DNA of 46,833 nt from Sphingobacteriales bacterium (GTDB lineage Bacteria > Bacteroidota > Bacteroidia > Chitinophagales > JADIYW01), in the NCBI GenBank assembly GCA_031414515.1, contig JANNVS010000332.1:1-46833 (forward strand), written 5' to 3'. The first letter of the stretch is position 1. Each line of letters begins with the position of its first letter. Under the pieces are notes generated by a model. That model searched no databases. It saw only the letters and a program-made list of their open reading frames with translations, and was not told where the DNA came from. Position numbers and translations under genes: made by a program. Below, one piece after another: positions 46,348 through 46,833 of this stretch.

Positions 46348-46833
46348 ATGTTAGAAATCTTGAAAATTGTATTGCAATGGAAGAAGCAGATTTTGTTGTT
46401 CATGATAGTAGCGGTATTAGCAAGTGTTATTATTACGATGCCGTTTATCATGCCACCATATTATAAATCGCTTAAGATATTTTATCTTTCAAACCCAATC
46501 AGTACAGACAGAGCTGCTTTGTTTAATGAAAAAGAAGCAAACGGCGTAAGTGTATTTGGTGGCAAAGAAGATGTGAATCGCTTTTTAACTATTATTAATT
46601 CTACATCGGTAACGCAATCAGTAATTGATAAATATAGGTTAGGGAAACACTATGGTATTGAAGAAGGCAATGCGCAATTGTTTTCTTATTACACACAAAA
46701 AGTATTTTATGGAAATTTTAATGCTGTGCGAAATGATTTAGGCGCTATAGAAGTTAGTGCTGTTGACACAGATGCTAAGTTGGCAGCAGATATTGTAAAT
46801 GAACTAGTGCAAAAAACAGATTCTATTTACAGA
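46348..46833 (+). CDS. Polysaccharide chain-length determinant (Wzz/GumC-like) protein, 5' part only (runs off the window)
   Basis: This ORF is not in the supplied track. I translated 162 codons from the ATG at 46348 to the window end and found no stop: MLEILKIVLQWKKQILLFMIVAVLASVIITMPFIMPPYYKS...GAIEVSAVDTDAKLAADIVNELVQKTDSIYR. An N-terminal TM helix plus the IEVS..D.D...AA.I.N.L block is typical of Wzz-domain proteins. Confidence 0.65.
   Translation, partial: MLEILKIVLQWKKQILLFMIVAVLASVIITMPFIMPPYYKSLKIFYLSNPISTDRAALFNEKEANGVSVFGGKEDVNRFLTIINSTSVTQSVIDKYRLGKHYGIEEGNAQLFSYYTQKVFYGNFNAVRNDLGAIEVSAVDTDAKLAADIVNELVQKTDSIYR

Noticed and set aside
1-46833. I scanned for CRISPR arrays, tRNA/rRNA genes, transposases, integrases, toxin-antitoxin pairs and known defence-system gene sets.
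   Set aside because: I found no repeat-spacer structure, no GC-rich structured RNA-like segments in the intergenic regions, and no ORF with recombinase, transposase or defence-type motifs. The helicase-nuclease and the two-component genes look like housekeeping types.

Overview
This is an AT-rich (about one-third G+C by eye), gene-dense 46.8-kb chromosomal segment that looks like Bacteroidota. Supporting signs are a T9SS-type C-terminal sorting domain on a secreted esterase, a WG-repeat protein, recurring TAnnTTTG '-7' promoter boxes, and no Shine-Dalgarno sequences. I count about 38 protein genes. Most are housekeeping or envelope functions:
- Transport and lipid: an orphan Dpp/Opp-type permease, psd, two tandem acyl-CoA synthetases, a NatAB-like ABC-2 exporter.
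- DNA: a secreted NucA-type nuclease, an AddA-like helicase-nuclease.
- Chaperones and sugar-nucleotide genes: grpE-dnaJ, galE-rfbA.
- Regulation and efflux: an OmpR/HK pair, a low-molecular-weight tyrosine phosphatase (LMW-PTP), an FKBP, a TetR-controlled RND efflux operon.
- Others: an MDR-type (medium-chain dehydrogenase/reductase) oxidoreductase, glyQS.
- The 3' end holds the start of a polysaccharide locus (Wzx flippase, methyltransferase, and a Wzz-like ORF that runs off the window and is missing from the ORF track).

I found no rRNA, tRNA, CRISPR array, transposase, integrase or recognisable defence island, so the window reads as ordinary core chromosome. The items most worth a second look are:
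1. An AmgK-like anomeric sugar kinase fused to a RapZ C-terminal domain, directly coupled to a MurU-like nucleotidyltransferase (32041-34236).
2. A class-III aminotransferase interrupted by two adjacent in-frame stop codons just upstream of its PLP lysine (42932-42937).
3. A sphingomyelin-synthase-like PAP2_C membrane protein downstream of a Baeyer-Villiger-type monooxygenase (BVMO) (39819-42117).
4. Several -7 promoter boxes that sit almost on top of start codons, suggesting leaderless mRNAs.

All family calls come from reading motifs in the translations. No searches were run.
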